Program-made: the position numbers and the translations under genes
DNA from: Azolla caroliniana
Lineage: Eukaryota; Plantae; Polypodiophyta
Length of the DNA stretch: 64,000 bases
Reading direction: 5' to 3'
Assembly: GCA_043228905.1 (NCBI GenBank)
Contig: JBHGNT010000008.1
Span: forward strand, 18,352,001-18,416,000
Notes under the pieces: generated by a model
Database searches by the model: none
What the model saw: the letters and a program-made list of their open reading frames with translations, nothing else
Told to the model about the DNA's origin: nothing
In this document: positions 12,734 to 24,248 of the stretch, in pieces
Position numbering within the stretch: position 1 is the first letter of the stretch
Layout of the letters: each line of letters starts with the position of its first letter

Positions 12734-14158
12734 ATGGCCCGCAGCTTCTCTGCTGCTGCTGCTGCTTCAACCTCTCCTACGCCCAAGTCATCATCATCAT
12801 GTCTCCTGCTTCTGCAAGCGCTCACCATGATCAACTTCTTCATCATCATAATCTTGACAGCTGCCCCCTTCTCTGCTCCTGCTTCGGCCCGACCCATCAT
12901 GGGGCGTGCATTGACAGCTATTGGCGATGGCGGTGACAACGCAGCAGCAACTACACCTGCTCCTGCTAGGTCAGCAGACGATGATGGATCGCAGCAGGAG
13001 TGGCCGACATATGTGTACGCCTTCGGTGACTCCACCACAGACAGCGGCAACAGCCCTGTGTCGGACCCCAAGCACAATAAAGTGGTGCTTGACCTACCGT
13101 ACGGCCTCACCTGGTTCCACAGGGGCTCAGGCCGGCGATCCGACGGGAGGCTCATCCTGGATTACCTCTGCCTGCAGGCATTCGGCTATGGTGCCACCAT
13201 GGAACTGCCCAAGCCACATCTGCTGGTGGTACAGGATTCATCATCATCATCTGTGCAATCAGCAGAGCCACAATCTGCACCCACATTTCCTGCAAGCAGC
13301 CAGAATTACGCAGTGGCGGGAGCTACGGCAGTCGATCCGGAGACCTTGGACAGAGAGGAAGGTCTGGAGGCATCCACACCTTACTCGCTGGATCGCCAGG
13401 CAGATTGGTTCGAGGCCGATGCAGCCTCCTGGTCTGCTCAGTCCGCGGGGGAGAGCATCTCTTCGGGAACCTCGGTCATCTACTTCGGGGAGACAGGCGG
13501 TAATGATCTTCACTTCGCCTTCCGAACTCACCTGCCCAAAGACAACATCCGGGAAGATCTCATTCCCATGATCATCTCCGCCATGACCCAACAGCTTGAT
13601 CGCATCCTGTCCGTAGACCTCGGCCCCGCACCCATCACCCGCGTGGTAATCCAAGGCCAGTTCCCCATAGGCTGCCTCCCCGCATACATCCAGAAGGCAT
13701 CATCGGAGCAGGATTCGGAGCTCGATGAATTGGGCTGCATTGCCTCTGTCAATGCCATCAGTGACATGCAGAATGGGCTCATCCGAAGCTCAGTCATCCC
13801 CGCCATTGCTGCCAAGCACCCCGACATAGCCATCGTGTTCCTCGACAGCTCGGCCGCGTACCGCCATGTCCTTGCCCATGCGCCCGACTTCGGCTTCAAC
13901 TCCAGCCTCTACGATGAGCCATGCTACGACACGAGCAACCACACCGTGTGCTCCGACCCCTCGGCTTACATGAGCTGGGATGGTGTCCACTTGACCGATG
14001 CCCTGCACGGGGCTCTCACCCGCCTCTTCTTGCACGGCCTACCCGATGGCTCCAAGTCCTTCTCCGAACCCTTCCCAAGCTTTCTCACCACGCTCGCATT
14101 GAAGTCGACTGATGCATCCTCCCAAGGCAGCAGCCCTGCAGAGGCCAATGGTAGTTAG
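12734..14158 (+). CDS. GDSL (SGNH) esterase/lipase, single exon, about 474 aa, with N-terminal hydrophobic signal segment
   Basis: Block I VYAFGDSTTDSGN, block II GRRSDGRLILDY and NYAVAGAT, block III GETGGND, PIGCLP, block V SWDGVHLT; uninterrupted ORF; first ATG at 12734 (the track start at 12698 is TTG). Confidence 0.92.
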   Translation: MARSFSAAAAASTSPTPKSSSSCLLLLQALTMINFFIIIILTAAPFSAPASARPIMGRALTAIGDGGDNAAATTPAPARSADDDGSQQEWPTYVYAFGDSTTDSGNSPVSDPKHNKVVLDLPYGLTWFHRGSGRRSDGRLILDYLCLQAFGYGATMELPKPHLLVVQDSSSSSVQSAEPQSAPTFPASSQNYAVAGATAVDPETLDREEGLEASTPYSLDRQADWFEADAASWSAQSAGESISSGTSVIYFGETGGNDLHFAFRTHLPKDNIREDLIPMIISAMTQQLDRILSVDLGPAPITRVVIQGQFPIGCLPAYIQKASSEQDSELDELGCIASVNAISDMQNGLIRSSVIPAIAAKHPDIAIVFLDSSAAYRHVLAHAPDFGFNSSLYDEPCYDTSNHTVCSDPSAYMSWDGVHLTDALHGALTRLFLHGLPDGSKSFSEPFPSFLTTLALKSTDASSQGSSPAEANGS

Positions 14159-15847
14159 TTAGTTAGCTAGTTAATGTGCAACCTAGCTTCTTGGGTTGAT
14201 TTTGTAGCTCATGTACCGCAGCTTTTACTTGCTAACTGCCTCATTACTTCATTCTTTTTTGAACTACTGATTGTATTATCTGGTTCAATGCGAAATCATA
14301 ATCCGCTTCAATCTTTGCTTTTCTCTGCACTTGTGTTGGTCTTCTCTGTTATGCTCCATTTGTCTGTCCAAAAATAATCTTTGCAAAGATTCTGTATTCA
14401 ATCTTAAAGACAGATCTGTGTGTGTGTGCAAAAAATGCTCCTAAATTTCTTGGTTGTTGAATTGGCTTAAAAATATATATGCTGTCTTTCACATCTGCAA
14501 CTTCCCTCATGACTCTCTGTCATTAAAAGAGTGAGGTTCATTACAAGCAGAATTTATCATACATCTACTAGGTATGCTTTATCAAACTAACGAGCACAAT
14601 CTCCTTTGAAAGGCACAAAAAAAAGGGAGCTATTTGAAAGTCACCCAATGAAAAACACTTCCGATGAACTTCATTGAAAATGTAGCTCTCAATCACAACA
14701 CCATGGAGCAGCCAGCCAAGTCATGGTAGCTCACCAAATTCTGTTTCTAAGCTGAAAATATTTTCATGTCTAAAGAACATCCTAGCTTTCCCCTGTAGGG
14801 GGATATGTTCAAGAACATCTAGGCAATGTAGTTTTAAAATTTCCAAAGAAGCAATGTATCTAACTAATTTCATGAGCACTCACCCATGCCCTCCATCCTT
14901 CTTGTTAAATAAGTTGGATGAAGTCAGATTCTCTTGGAGACACAATTTGAAATTTGAATTGCTTTAGTGTGTGTTGTAATTCGAATGTGCAATGATTCCA
15001 TATGTAGGAAACTTTGGGAGAATAAAATATCACAATTCACATAACAATGGTGAGATCCAATTTTTTGTGGATAATAGGCCTTCTGTGAATTTCAAAACAA
15101 GCTGTTATTATGCTTTGCATATATTATTCTGAAACATTGGTGCTATCTAATAACAAATTTTCAGACAAAACAATGCATGATGCCACTGTTTTCTATCGTT
15201 CAAATGAAATTTCACAACATATCCAACCACGCCAAAATGTCCTATCCAATCTCAATATACAAACTTGTATGTTTTAACTGTAACTTTTTCACTTTTCTGG
15301 TGAGTATGATATTGTCTTATTACCCATGTAAATCTCCTAAAAGCTCATGTGCCCTGATTCTTCATCAGTGATATTAATCTATCAGTTCAAGGTTTCCGTG
15401 TATACACAGAGAGACACAGAATATTCAGTTGGTTCCATAGACATGATGTCATTAAAAAAAGTCATATAGTTCAATAAAAAATTGTGCTGCTTACAAACAA
15501 AGCCCCTGAAGATTTGAGTGCAGGCTCTTAGTATCATAGCTCCAGAGAAATGCAATTTTACAACCAAAAAACTAACCAAATGAATGAAGAAAGATATCGC
15601 CATATTAAGTCTTGACAGGACGCACTACTTCTCAACTATTTGGACTTTTGACATAACAAAATGTTAGCAGAAAACCTCTCAATTAAATTACAACTCAACA
15701 TCGTAGCAGACTCTCCTCTGTACGAAGCATCAAAATTGTGGCCAAAAAAAAATGTGGCTGGAACCTAGTCCTCTACAGGAAAGCTCCCATTTTTTAACAC
15801 TATTCTATAGACTACACTTCCGTGCACATAGCAATCTAAAGGCGATG

Positions 15848-16021
15848 GGGGGAAGGGGGGGAACTGATACTCCATGATAAAACCAACTGCAAAGCAAGCT
15901 TGTTATTGAGACTGCAATGACACCAACGCAGAAGCAAGGGCCAGATCTAGCATGCTCTGCTGAATATGCCTCGAAATATTGACTATTCTAGTAATTGTTT
16001 CACTTGTTGCGAGGTCAGTAC
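15848..16021 (-). repeat. Diverged tandem duplicate of the importin-5 last coding exon
   Basis: 15873-16021 aligns with 16042-16190; the copy has a 1-nt insertion (AAGCAAGCTTG vs AAGCAGCTTG) and has lost the stop; G-runs mark the end of both units. Confidence 0.85.
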
Positions 16022-16040
16022 GGGGGGGGGGAACGATAAT

Positions 16041-19000
16041 TCATGATAAAACCGATTGCAAAGCAGCTTGTTGTTGAGGCTGCAATGATGCCCATGCAGA
16101 AGCAAGGGCTGGACCTGGCATGTTCTGCTGAATATGCCTCAGAATATTGACTATTCTAGTAATTGTTTCACTTGTTGCGAGATCAGTACCACCGCTGATT
16201 ACCTGTCAAAGAATACAAATAATTTAAGCTAATAAACTCTAGTTTACCAAGAAAACATGGGGAAACAATGGAAACTTAAGGGCATATTGGGGGGAACATA
16301 GAAACTCAGATATTTCAGTTTTTTGCTTAAATTTAATCTCAACAAAGAATATGTACCTCGGCAAATATGGCAATTATCTTCGGTAGGTTTTCATTATTTG
16401 GCCCCAAAAGTGCTGCATCAGACCTACATAAAAGTTCGAGCAACTTGTTTCAGCTCCTCGAGGGCTAAAGCAACAGTTGTTTCCTGAATTTATGATCTTT
16501 ACACACCTTTCAATTAATGAGCACAATTGCCCATGGACAACTTTAGCTTCTACTAAATCTGACCGTATTGGCAAATAAGTCAACCATGCTGGAATAATCT
16601 GTAATATCATGAAAGAATATTTTTATCTCATATACTGAGAGCGTTCAAATGTCTACATTCAGACATTAAAGTTCAGATCACATATGCATGACCATGTTTC
16701 ACTATATTATATACGTGTGTACCAAGGAACATACATGTGCCATCCTCTTTGAATGTTTTAAGTCTCAGCAGTGACCTGCTGATCATTTCCTTAGTATCGG
16801 TTTTTGTGAGTTTTTTACACCATCAGTAGTATAAAATATTGTTAAAAAGTGTTTGACTATGTTATGCATAACTTGCTGAGCCATATTACAAACCCAACAC
16901 CTGCAGCTACATTCGAGAAACTTATACAGAACATGACACGAGCAAACTATAAAATGTTTAATGTCATACCTGTGCAGCATCAATGGCATCCCTATGAAAC
17001 TCGCAGATTTTCCCGAGGGCTGAAACAGCATTATCAGTAGCCAATGCATTGTCTGTGTGGAACGCATCAGGATGACCAATTACAAGTTTAAGCTTTTCCA
17101 AGGCCTCTGCATTCCATACAGAGAAGACGTACCATATATAAGTAACATGATGACAGGTCCTTCTGGACAAATTATCATATAACAACAGCATTATAATTAC
17201 CTCCTGCAATAGTCTTGAACTTAGCTCCACCAAACTCTGCACAAACTCCAATACCGTAGACAGCAGCCTGATAATAAAAATAGGAGAAAACAACATAGAG
17301 CCAGTTCAGTTCACATTTGTTCAATGGTCAATGGACCTTCAACATATAGTTACATTTAGCTACTATGTTCAGGAAAGTGGAGCCCTCAATCATTAAAATG
17401 AGAGCCATTTGAGCTTATCCAGTTGGAAATAGTTACAAAAGGGAAAAAAGTCCAACATAGAAAGTAAAACGTTTTCATTAAACTCCTAAAAAACTGTGGT
17501 ATTTTTTCACAAATTCTTATTATGTCATGCATGAAAATTCCTCAGGTTAGCATATAGAAAGATTCCCTAACACTGAATTACTCACTTGACGAACATCATT
17601 CTTTGTATCTGTTGCTGCATCTAGAAGGTAAGGAAGGAAAGTGTCATAATACCTGTTACAATCCATAGAAAATGTTGGTTTGGTACACGGCACTCAAATT
17701 TGAACTGCAGGAAAACAGGAGAGCACTTACTTTATTGCCAATCCTTGGCACTGCTCGGCTATATCATCGAAGATGCAAATGGAAATTCTCCTCTCTTCAG
17801 CAGTGTGATCTCTTCCCTGGGCCGCAGAAGGAATAAGCATTACTCAAATTACTAATGGCTGGTTGCAACTACACATATGCATTACATGCACGCACACACA
17901 TACACTCAAAATACAACAGACATGTGTGTGCATCTCTCTTAATGAGGTGCATTGTATAACTTTGTACATTATCATTGCAATTCCCTAGCAGCATAATCTA
18001 GTCAAGGAAAGATTGTTACCAGCATCGAAACAATGAAAGGCAGCAAGTCCTCCAACAAAGGAAGGAAGGCTCCTTTGAAGGTTTTCAAGAGAGTTCCAAT
18101 GCATTCTCCAATCTACAGGTAAAGGTGGAATATAAATTTCTCACTTCATATATAAATGCCTGAAAGCTAAATACCTCAGAGTGACATAAGGAATTCTTCT
18201 TTAGCATGCCTGATCAAAAACCTCCTCCTCTTGCTCATTCTCTTCTTGGAGCAGTTCCCCTTCTTCAGCATCGAAATCTTCTGAATGGCTTCGTTCAAAC
18301 CTTTCTTTTTTACGAGTGTCACTAGCCGTAAGCACCTGCTTGAATTCTTCAACCATTGTCTTCGCTTGCTCAGAGTCAGTGAGGGTTCCCACAGTCTGTC
18401 ATCCAAACATCCATAATCATTCAGGTTTACGGAATGTAACAAGGTAGAATGATGAATATAAAGAATTGACCTGAATACACTCATTGAGAGACTCTAACAT
18501 GTCTACCAGAACCTCGGTCTCAGGTTCCTACATAACATAAAAGTTTAAGGCATCGAGAAAAAAATACAGTTAATTTGACCTAAAAAAAGAACAAATAGCA
18601 ACCCAGTCCCACATTAAGAGAAAAAAATACAAAACCATAAAGACCTTGTGCAAGGCCTCCACAAGAGCAGGAATAATAAAATCAGCCAGTTGCTTCAGAT
18701 ATGACTCATCACGACCTGCAGCTTGGCCATTCTCAATAGCAAGCTTTGCTGATCGCAATAGTTCCGGCATAGCTTGTGAAAAAAACAAATCAAATCTGTA
18801 AACGGGCCAAGAGAAAACATCTGCAACTAATTTTAAATGAAAAACGATACCTGAAACTGCAGCTTTACGAACTTCCTCGTGAAAATAGAATTTAAGCAAA
18901 GGCACTAGAACAGGTGCAACCTACACAGAAACTCAAGATTAATCATAAACATTGAGTAACAAAATAGAATATGAACAAACACACAAAATATTAGTCACTT

Positions 19001-21824
19001 GATCAATCCATGGATAGAATCCCTCCTTCAATTCATTCGCATAGCAACACAGCATGTTGCAAGCAGTGGCCTTCTCCTCGAGAAAGCTTGTCCGTATACC
19101 GATTCGTTTATCACCGATTGTTATAGTCTCCACACTGCAAGTAACAAATGTAGCTTCTCCATAAAACATCTCACATACATAAACCAACACCAAGTCAAAT
19201 TGTTACCTAAAACAATAAGTTTTCTTGATAAAAATTACCTCCCATCATCTGATTCGATATCATCATCAGAAGCATCAGCATCAGCATCAGTGATGGTTAC
19301 ATCTGGTTTCAGTTGTGCAGAATGCAGAAGCGGAGGCATGACAATGCTCATGTAGGGGAGGAAATCCTGGCCCAGACATTTGCATAGTCGAGCCCATGCC
19401 TAGATAAAACCAAACCGGTCTCAATCCCAAAATGAGAACTCATAGAAAGCAATAGAAATGTCAAATCATGTTCCAAGATTAACATAAAATATTGCTTAGA
19501 TCTCTTTAGAATCAGATGTACCTGAAGCAAATAACTTGTTGTTGGATCATCATCTTCGAGATGAGTCCCTTGAAGATTCATTAGCACTTCCATGATCTTC
19601 ATGAAAAATAGAGTGTGAGCAAGGAAGTAAATGCATCTGACAGTGCGTGAAGCATAATGCACAATCGGCATAATTATAGAGAAAATCAAGACACCTGCTT
19701 AGCATCCTGTCCAAACTTTTCTTTGCCAACTGCCATTCCTACCAAACTGATGCACTCTATAGCTTTTGCCCTCAGCATTCTATTTGATTTGTCAGTGGCA
19801 TTGACAAGAATGGCTTTCAAATATGGCATCACAGCATCGTAGTAAACTTGAAAGCTAGCCTGGATCACATAAAGTTAAATTACTGGTAAGCACAAATAAT
19901 AACTGCTGGTTTTCCCATCTATTCTTGCTAATCTTTTTAGTGTTGAATAAAAACCTGTGAAGAATCAGCAACAGATGATAAGGCTGTTAAAGCTCCTTCT
20001 TGCAACATTCTTTTGCCACTCTAGATATAGAAAAGGACAAATCTTATGACCCCAACTTCTCAGCGTACATACAAATTTCCTCTAGAGTCTATACTAGATA
20101 AAAACTCACTTGCAACAACACAAGCAGCTTGCTCACAAGTCCATCAAGGTACGGGTTCAGCAATTCCGCAGTGCAACTCTCAGTGAAATTTAGGATCGCA
20201 GCAGCAGCATGGGCCTAAACAAAAAACATATTCAAAGCAAAAACCAAACCGTAACGTTTCGTTTCTATGATAATAAAGAATAATGCAAACTATACCACAG
20301 TGAGTACCTGTACTCTTGCATTTTGAAAGTCATCCAAGGCTCTAATTAAAGCAGGCAATACTTTTTGGTGGAATTTCTCTTGCAAATAAGGACCTAAATC
20401 AGTAGAGAGTTGACCGATCGCATTGATGGCTGCCCAACGCACCTTTGCATGGGGATCTTGGAAGGAATTCAATATCATATGAATTACAGGCTCCAAGTTC
20501 TTGGTCATGATCTGAGAACAATATTAATATCCTAAAACTAAGATTTATTCACCTGATATGAAATGAAACAAAATCAAACTAAACAATAAATTATTAACAA
20601 AACCTTTGAACATCCTTCCGCAATTTGTGCCAATGCAATCAATGCAGCATGACGCTTCTTCCAGTCTTGATCTGATATAAATGCAGGTAAGATTTCAGAT
20701 GCTGTAGACAACACAGTGCTTCCACCCATAGAAATTGCCACTCGATCTAAGCATTCTTGGGCCATTTCATAGTTACTACTCTCTCCAGCATCTTCTTCTT
20801 CTTCTTCAGCACTATGCCACGCAGGTTCATCATCGATATCAGTCAGCATCTTCATTAAAATAGAAAATAGCTTTCCGATAAAGTGAGGCAACTTCCGCAT
20901 CATCCCTGGAGCTCTTTCCCGAGCTTCTGTGAGTGTAACCATGAATTCCACTGCTAAATGTTGGGTACCCTCCTCTAAACCTTCTGTTTCTGCAATTTGT
21001 AGGATACTTCCAACTACATCCACTAATTGTTTCCTTAGAAATCGAGGCTCAGAACCTGCTATTTCAATAAGCATTTCAAGTGCCTCTTGTGCAGTAGCTT
21101 CTTCGTTCATCTCTAATGCTTGGGTTATTGTCTGCATCATTGATGGCAGAAGATCTTGAAAAACATTTCTATCATTGGCCTCCTCTAGGGTTTGGACAAA
21201 ACTTGCAGTGGCACGTAATGCGGCAATTCTAACGTCATTGGGCATAGATGGTAATAAAGTCTGCTGAAATAAGCCATGCAGTATCGGAAGGTGGGGTTGT
21301 AACTGAGGCCCCATATACTGTGCCAATTGTCCGAATATGAGCAGAGCACTCACTTTCAACCTACTTGAGTTTGAATTCACACATTGGAATAAGAATGGCA
21401 ATAACTCAACCCATGGTGCCTCCTCTGATAAATTAGCTGCCACCTCCGCAACCGTATCACAAAGCTTTTTCGATACACTATGGTTCTCCTCTTGCTGAAC
21501 TGAAAACAAAAGTTGTTCCTTTATCAATGCCTGAGTTTGTATATTCAATTGCGACCACGATCCTAACTGTTTGCGGAGAAGTACGGCGGCCATGGATCGA
21601 ACATCAGGAGATGAAGATGATCTCAGTGAGAAAACAAGTTTTAAAAGGAAAGTGTCTAAATGCCTCGCCCGGCATAGATTAAAGAGTTGTTCAGCTTCGC
21701 CTCGATCTTCATTTCGCGGGCTCATTAGCTGTGCAATAAGAGCTTCGAATGATGATGTATCAGAACCAAGAAGAGCATTAATCTGACCCTCCGTCACTGC
21801 CGAAAGATTGTTATTGGCGTCCAT
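16041..21824 (-). CDS. IPO5: Importin-5 / karyopherin beta-3 (KETCH1-like), 20 coding exons, 1114 aa
   Basis: Exons: 21824-20604, 20511-20308, 20214-20110, 20020-19955, 19859-19695, 19596-19522, 19399-19239, 19134-18999, 18920-18851, 18772-18645, 18527-18471, 18395-18210, 18112-18020, 17816-17731, 17652-17586, 17267-17201, 17106-16970, 16598-16507, 16423-16357, 16202-16041. Total 3345 nt, in frame. HEAT-repeat motifs DWKKRHAALIALAQIAEGC, VRWAAINAIGQLSTDLGP, LEEKATACNMLCCYA, PLLKFYFHEEVRKAAVS, TDNAVSALGKIC. Confidence 0.95.
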
Positions 21825-21825
21825 C

Positions 21826-22190
21826 TTTGTTTCTTGATTTTGATTGAAACTAGGCTATGATAAAGTACCCAACTCTTGGATTGTTTCTTCAATTACGTTA
21901 CTATCAACTGCCCAAATTCTGAATTGCCTTCTTGGTCTTGAATCAAACCAGACTATCTTCCCACCTCTTGGATTGTTTCTTGATCTGATTAAGACTAGTC
22001 TATGATAAATAGCCCAAACTCTAGCTTGCTTTTTGATATGATTAAGATGAGACTATGATAAACTGCCCAAACTCTGGATTGTTTCTTGATTTGAACTCTG
22101 ATTAAGACTAGGCTATGATAAACTGCTCATACTCTGGATTGCTTCTTGTTCTGAATAAAACCGGGCTACGAAAAACTGCCCAACTCTGTA
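21826..22190. repeat. Degenerate ~50-60 bp tandem repeat abutting the importin-5 start codon
   Basis: About 6-7 units of TTGTTTCTTGATTTGA...AAGACTAGGCTATGATAAACTGCCCAAACTCTGGA. Confidence 0.8.
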
Positions 22191-22479
22191 TTCGTGCACA
22201 CAATGCAGATCAAGGGTCCACGTATTGTCAGCACAGTCACAAGAATCTCATTTCTAAGAATATCCTTCTGATCGATTTAATGTCGTTAACCAATACAAAG
22301 GTACACTAAGATTTATTGAAACAAGAAAAAAACATAGTGAACTATCCAATTAGGGTTTTGGCTGAAGTATGATGAAACTTAAGGTTTCTGAACGCAGGCA
22401 TTTAAGGGTTTCATGCAAAGAAAAAAAAAAAAAAAAAGACGAAGATAAACGACGAGCATGTGCCGAGAGCTTAGAATAC

Positions 22480-22720
22480 CTGTGGCCAATAATCGTGCTG
22501 GAAAGCTTGTGTTCAGAACGAGAGCGGTACTGATCCTGTTCAAAAGAAGAAGAAGAAGAAGAAGAAGAATCTTTCACTGCTTCTTTGAGCGAGTTGAAGG
22601 GCAGAGGAAATGCCTTCCAAAGCGCCTCCTCCTTCAGAGACAGAGACAGAGACAGAGACAGAGAAGACAGAGAGAGGGAGACAGAGCAGGCTTAGGCCGC
22701 AAACAGATATTGAAGAGAAA
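22480..22720 (-). other. Probable non-coding first exon of importin-5
   Basis: Minus-strand donor CACAG|GTATTC at about 22479; (CTT)n and (TCTGTC)n pyrimidine tracts typical of plant 5' leaders. Confidence 0.55.
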
Positions 22721-23269
22721 CGCCCCACAATTAAGGGCACGTTCACACCAGAGATCATTCTTTTTTCTTTTTCTTTTTTTCTGTTTTTGGTTAAAATCAC
22801 ACAATTATATTAATTGCATGTAAAAAAAACCCACTATTACAACTCGGTAAGTCATCTTTACATATCTTACATAGAGAGATACATACTTATTCATATCATT
22901 ACAAACCATAGTACGTAAAATTCGTGTTCGTCTAACATAACATTCGTTTTCCTGCGTTGGAAAACGAATGTGAATGTTATTCAATCATTCTTGTGTGTTT
23001 TTTTCCCATTTTTTTAATGTTTTTTTCTATTTTTTAGGCTTATTTACCTCATAACAAATAGTTAATCCAAAAGTATGGTATTTATCATTCTTTGAGGGTG
23101 TTTTTCTTACGCGAATGTGAATGCACGTATGGTACGTATGGTTCATACTATGTTACAAACCATGCATATGTCTCTCAACATCTCATAACCTTTCTTATCA
23201 GACCAAATGACGAATGCGATGCCCAACTAACTTACATACTTGTCTCTCTTCATGATTGAATATACTTGA

Positions 23270-24248
23270 CATCTCCAACGATGAAAATTTGCCATAAAAG
23301 GAACCCTTTCAATCTCAACACATAACGGTGTACTCCCCTTTGTTCATCAAATATAAACGCATTTCACATATGCCAAATACATAAACCAAAGCCCATAATA
23401 CCTCAATATAATCCAAAATAATCTGAAAACAAGGTGAAAGACCTCCTAATTCCACTCGTGCAAAAACCCATTTGAAATGAGATTTTATCACTCCTGTCAA
23501 GGACATCCATATTGCATTCATAAATCTCCAAACCATCTTTGTAACAGGACATGAAATAAATCGATGTCGACCGTTGCTCTACTTCCATCGTACAAAAGAA
23601 ACATAAGCCACTAGCTATTTTTCTTTTGCATAAAGCATCACCCAATGGTAATCCACCAACTATAACCCTCCAAATAAACACCTTGGCTCTAAATGACAAA
23701 TGTGAACACCAACCCTTTTGGAGTACATTTGTCCACCAAATTGTTGGCCTATGAAAAGACCATACCTTAATTACCCTTTTTTCTAACCACATATGTTTCC
23801 CAATAATTGTATGATAAACCGCATTTGTTGAAACTATACTTAAGTTGTTCCCCCCTACAAATCTCCAATCAAGATATAGAGAATCTTCATTTAAGTGTGG
23901 CACACGCCCTTGCAACATTGATAATCCCAATAATGTATCCCAAATGTGTCGATAATTGCGTGGAATTCCAAATGTTGACCTAGCAGTACAAAAAGCCATC
24001 AACCCTCTTTGAGAAGACAAAATTGCATCTTTTAGTGATACCAATCCTAATCAAGCCATTCGATTAAATTGATGTTGCAAAGATTGTTTACTTTCCCAAT
24101 CCAACAACCTTGATCAATAACCCAAGACATTGAACACTTCACTTGCCTTTTGGAATTGACTACATTCCACCAATGTGTTTCTACTCTTACTTTTCCAAAC
24201 TTGATGCCAATTTTCTCAATAAAGAAAATCACCATTTCTATCCATGGT
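23270..24248 (-). mobile_element. L1-type LINE ORF2 C-terminal remnant (zf-RVT)
   Basis: LSFRAKVFIWRVIVGGLPLGDAL...SGLCFFC is a zf-RVT pattern; cut by the copia LTR at 24249. Confidence 0.8.

Noticed and set aside
12734-14158. Bacterial horizontal transfer of the GDSL gene
   Set aside because: The motifs (PYG.T.F, GR.SDGRLI.D, PIGCLP, C.DPS.Y.SWDGVH.T) are plant-type; lack of introns alone is not evidence.
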